A DNA stretch of 64,000 nucleotides, taken from Adineta vaga (taxonomy: Eukaryota; Animalia; Rotifera). The position numbers were made by a program, and so were the translations under genes. This document shows positions 61,993 through 64,000 of this stretch, one piece after another. The notes beneath the pieces were generated by a model that was not told the DNA's origin, did no database searches, and saw nothing but the letters and a program-made list of their open reading frames with translations. The DNA is taken from contig CP075492.1 of the NCBI GenBank assembly GCA_021613535.1, forward strand, positions 434,001-498,000. The letters run 5' to 3'. Position 1 is the stretch's first letter, and each line of letters starts with the position of its first letter.

Positions 61993-62729
61993 CGACAAAA
62001 TAGAATTTGAGGGTGAACGTAAGAGTAAGAGTAAGAGTCAAAAAGATATACTCTCGTCCACACCCTCGAAAAACCGTTCCAGAGGGTACTTGGTATTTGG
62101 GCTACAGTTCTTCGACAAGACGTCCTATGACTTTTGTCCAAGAACAAAAATTCTTAGAACTGATTAATACACAAGCCTTGAAGGTTTCAAACGATTTGGT
62201 GAATGTTGTGTATATCGTGTCACAAGTACCATGGAATCACGCATTATCATTGCATAAGAAATTTGCCTTTGAAAACGAAAGAGTTGTTACTGATAAAAGT
62301 TTTAGCTATGTCTCTTATTGTCATGATTATCGGAAAATATGCTGACGTATTCGTATTATTATACAGATCATTAAACTTTACTTTACTTGACGTCAAATCA
62401 TCTTACTTTAATATTCTTATTTTATGTATATTTTATAGGAGAAAATAATATCGAATGGCTGTGAATGTGAAAATAGTTTGATTATCAAACGATTATAATT
62501 ATTCAAAAAGCTTTATTTATATATTCAAGGAAAAAGAAAATCATTTTTCGATTTTTAATCTCTTTTCATCATATTCAGTTTTTTTTTCGTTATGAATATT
62601 ATCAATATATAATATTTTATACCCATAAGGATTTATGATAAGAATTTCGTCGAATAATTAAATTGGAAATTTCAAGTCAATAAATAGCGAGACAATGTGA
62701 GATTTTTATTCTATAAAAAAAATCTTCTA

Positions 62730-63389
62730 ATGATGAATACAATGAAAATGTATTTTTATTTTTTGTTTCTGTTTTTGGTTTTACAATGTAATGGAAATTT
62801 AAATTTACCAACAAATACAATTCAAATTCCTTCCAATCGAATGTATAATAATTTCATTCGATCTGAAAAATATTATGTTAAACAACAGTTACCAAGAGTC
62901 TTTACATTACATGGTCCATCAGAAACTTTTGTCAAATTACCTGGTTTAACAATACCTTTTTATCATACACAACCATTATTATATAAAATTAAATTCGAAG
63001 GAAAATGTTTTTCACCTCATTCGAAAGCAATTTGGTTGTATTTGCGTCTAATGATTGATGATTACTTGCTTTATATCAATCGAGTTTTACCAAATACTGC
63101 TGATCGATATAAATATATTGGTGAATACCCGGACAACGATGGCAATGATTATCTTGGTGGACTTTATTGGCATTCAAATTCAGTATCAGTCATAACATGC
63201 TCATTTAGTGATATTATATATTTAAATCCTGGTTTGCATGTTGTTGATGTAAGTGTCCGAGGTGGACTTGGTGATTCAGGTGCTTTTCCAACCTATGTTC
63301 ATGGTGGAGTGTTAACAGTTGAAATGATTGAATATGATCAGTATGCAGATATTGGTTTAACACCAATGAATGCTACTTTTTCAGGTTAA
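62730..63389 (+). CDS. Intronless secreted beta-rich protein of unknown function
   Basis: Signal peptide MYFYFLFLFLVLQCNG; FVKLPGLTIPF, LRLMIDD and IYLNPGLHVVDVSVR strands. Confidence 0.7.
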   Translation: MMNTMKMYFYFLFLFLVLQCNGNLNLPTNTIQIPSNRMYNNFIRSEKYYVKQQLPRVFTLHGPSETFVKLPGLTIPFYHTQPLLYKIKFEGKCFSPHSKAIWLYLRLMIDDYLLYINRVLPNTADRYKYIGEYPDNDGNDYLGGLYWHSNSVSVITCSFSDIIYLNPGLHVVDVSVRGGLGDSGAFPTYVHGGVLTVEMIEYDQYADIGLTPMNATFSG

Positions 63390-63763
63390 ATGAATATTTT
63401 TATTGATTAAACAAGAAAATCGTTTATTATTTTTGAATAATTGAGAAAAATTTCTGCATTCTATTTGATTTTATCATTATTCAAAATAAAGAGATTTCGT
63501 TCTATTAATTGAATAGAGATAACTATGAATATTATACTAGGATAATGTCAATATAAACAAGACTAAAATCTTCTTACAAAATATTATTTATATTCAACAT
63601 TTATCACGGAATATGCGTCTTCTGAGAAAGAGATAAATGTATATTCTATAGAAAATGCTACGTCTCCTGCTAGAGATAAAAATGCATCTCCAAAATATAC
63701 GATATGTAACACTATTCATTAATGAAACACAGTTTTAGAGTAAAAAGAACTATCATGTAAAAG

Positions 63764-64000
63764 TTAATTTTGTTTATTTGGACGTTGTGATAGTGGTAAC
63801 CATGGTTCACAAAGTATCTTTATGCCATCTCTCGATTGTTTGAGCTCGAAATTCGTCATGTTTTTATTGTGACTAATATCAAACGTTGTTAACGTCTGGT
63901 TGTTTTTTATTGCGTCAAGCAATATTGTTGCTCCTTGATTAGTAATAGAATTCGATCGGACTGAACAACTTTTCAATGTCTTGTTATTCTTAAGAAACAT
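63764..64000 (-). CDS. C-terminal fragment of an RI-like leucine-rich-repeat protein (runs off the window)
   Basis: LKNNKTLKSCSVRSNSITNQGATILLDAIKNNQTLTTFDISHN. Confidence 0.75.
   Translation of the reverse strand: MFLKNNKTLKSCSVRSNSITNQGATILLDAIKNNQTLTTFDISHNKNMTNFELKQSRDGIKILCEPWLPLSQRPNKQN

Overview
AT-rich eukaryotic DNA with many short GT-AG introns. Gene families and repeat content suggest a bdelloid rotifer (Rotaria/Adineta-like); this is an inference, not a database result. The window is a transposon-dense accessory region. It contains hAT, piggyBac, mariner, pogo-like, RTE-type LINE, Penelope-like and Helentron/DINE-like remnants, plus many MITEs and foldbacks. These are interleaved with secreted or surface genes, several of foreign type: an intronless 14-repeat FG-GAP/VCBS protein, a 4-exon ependymin-like gene, a MACPF perforin-like gene with one in-frame TGA, a decayed type III polyketide synthase, a Deg/HtrA PDZ fragment and a knottin-like prepropeptide. 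The main result is a hand-assembled 12-exon gene (46370->29958, minus strand, 5589 nt, ~1862 aa) that the ORF track shows only as scattered pieces. It encodes three tandem copies of a two-TM module with a Cys-rich ectodomain, then a 7th TM, a Thr-rich stalk and a 7-bladed FG-GAP propeller. I propose a single-chain pseudo-trimeric ENaC/P2X-topology channel or receptor with a tethered sensor (hypothesis). A degenerate minimal hammerhead ribozyme motif lies at 4645-4689 (-). An assembly gap lies at 59775-59797.
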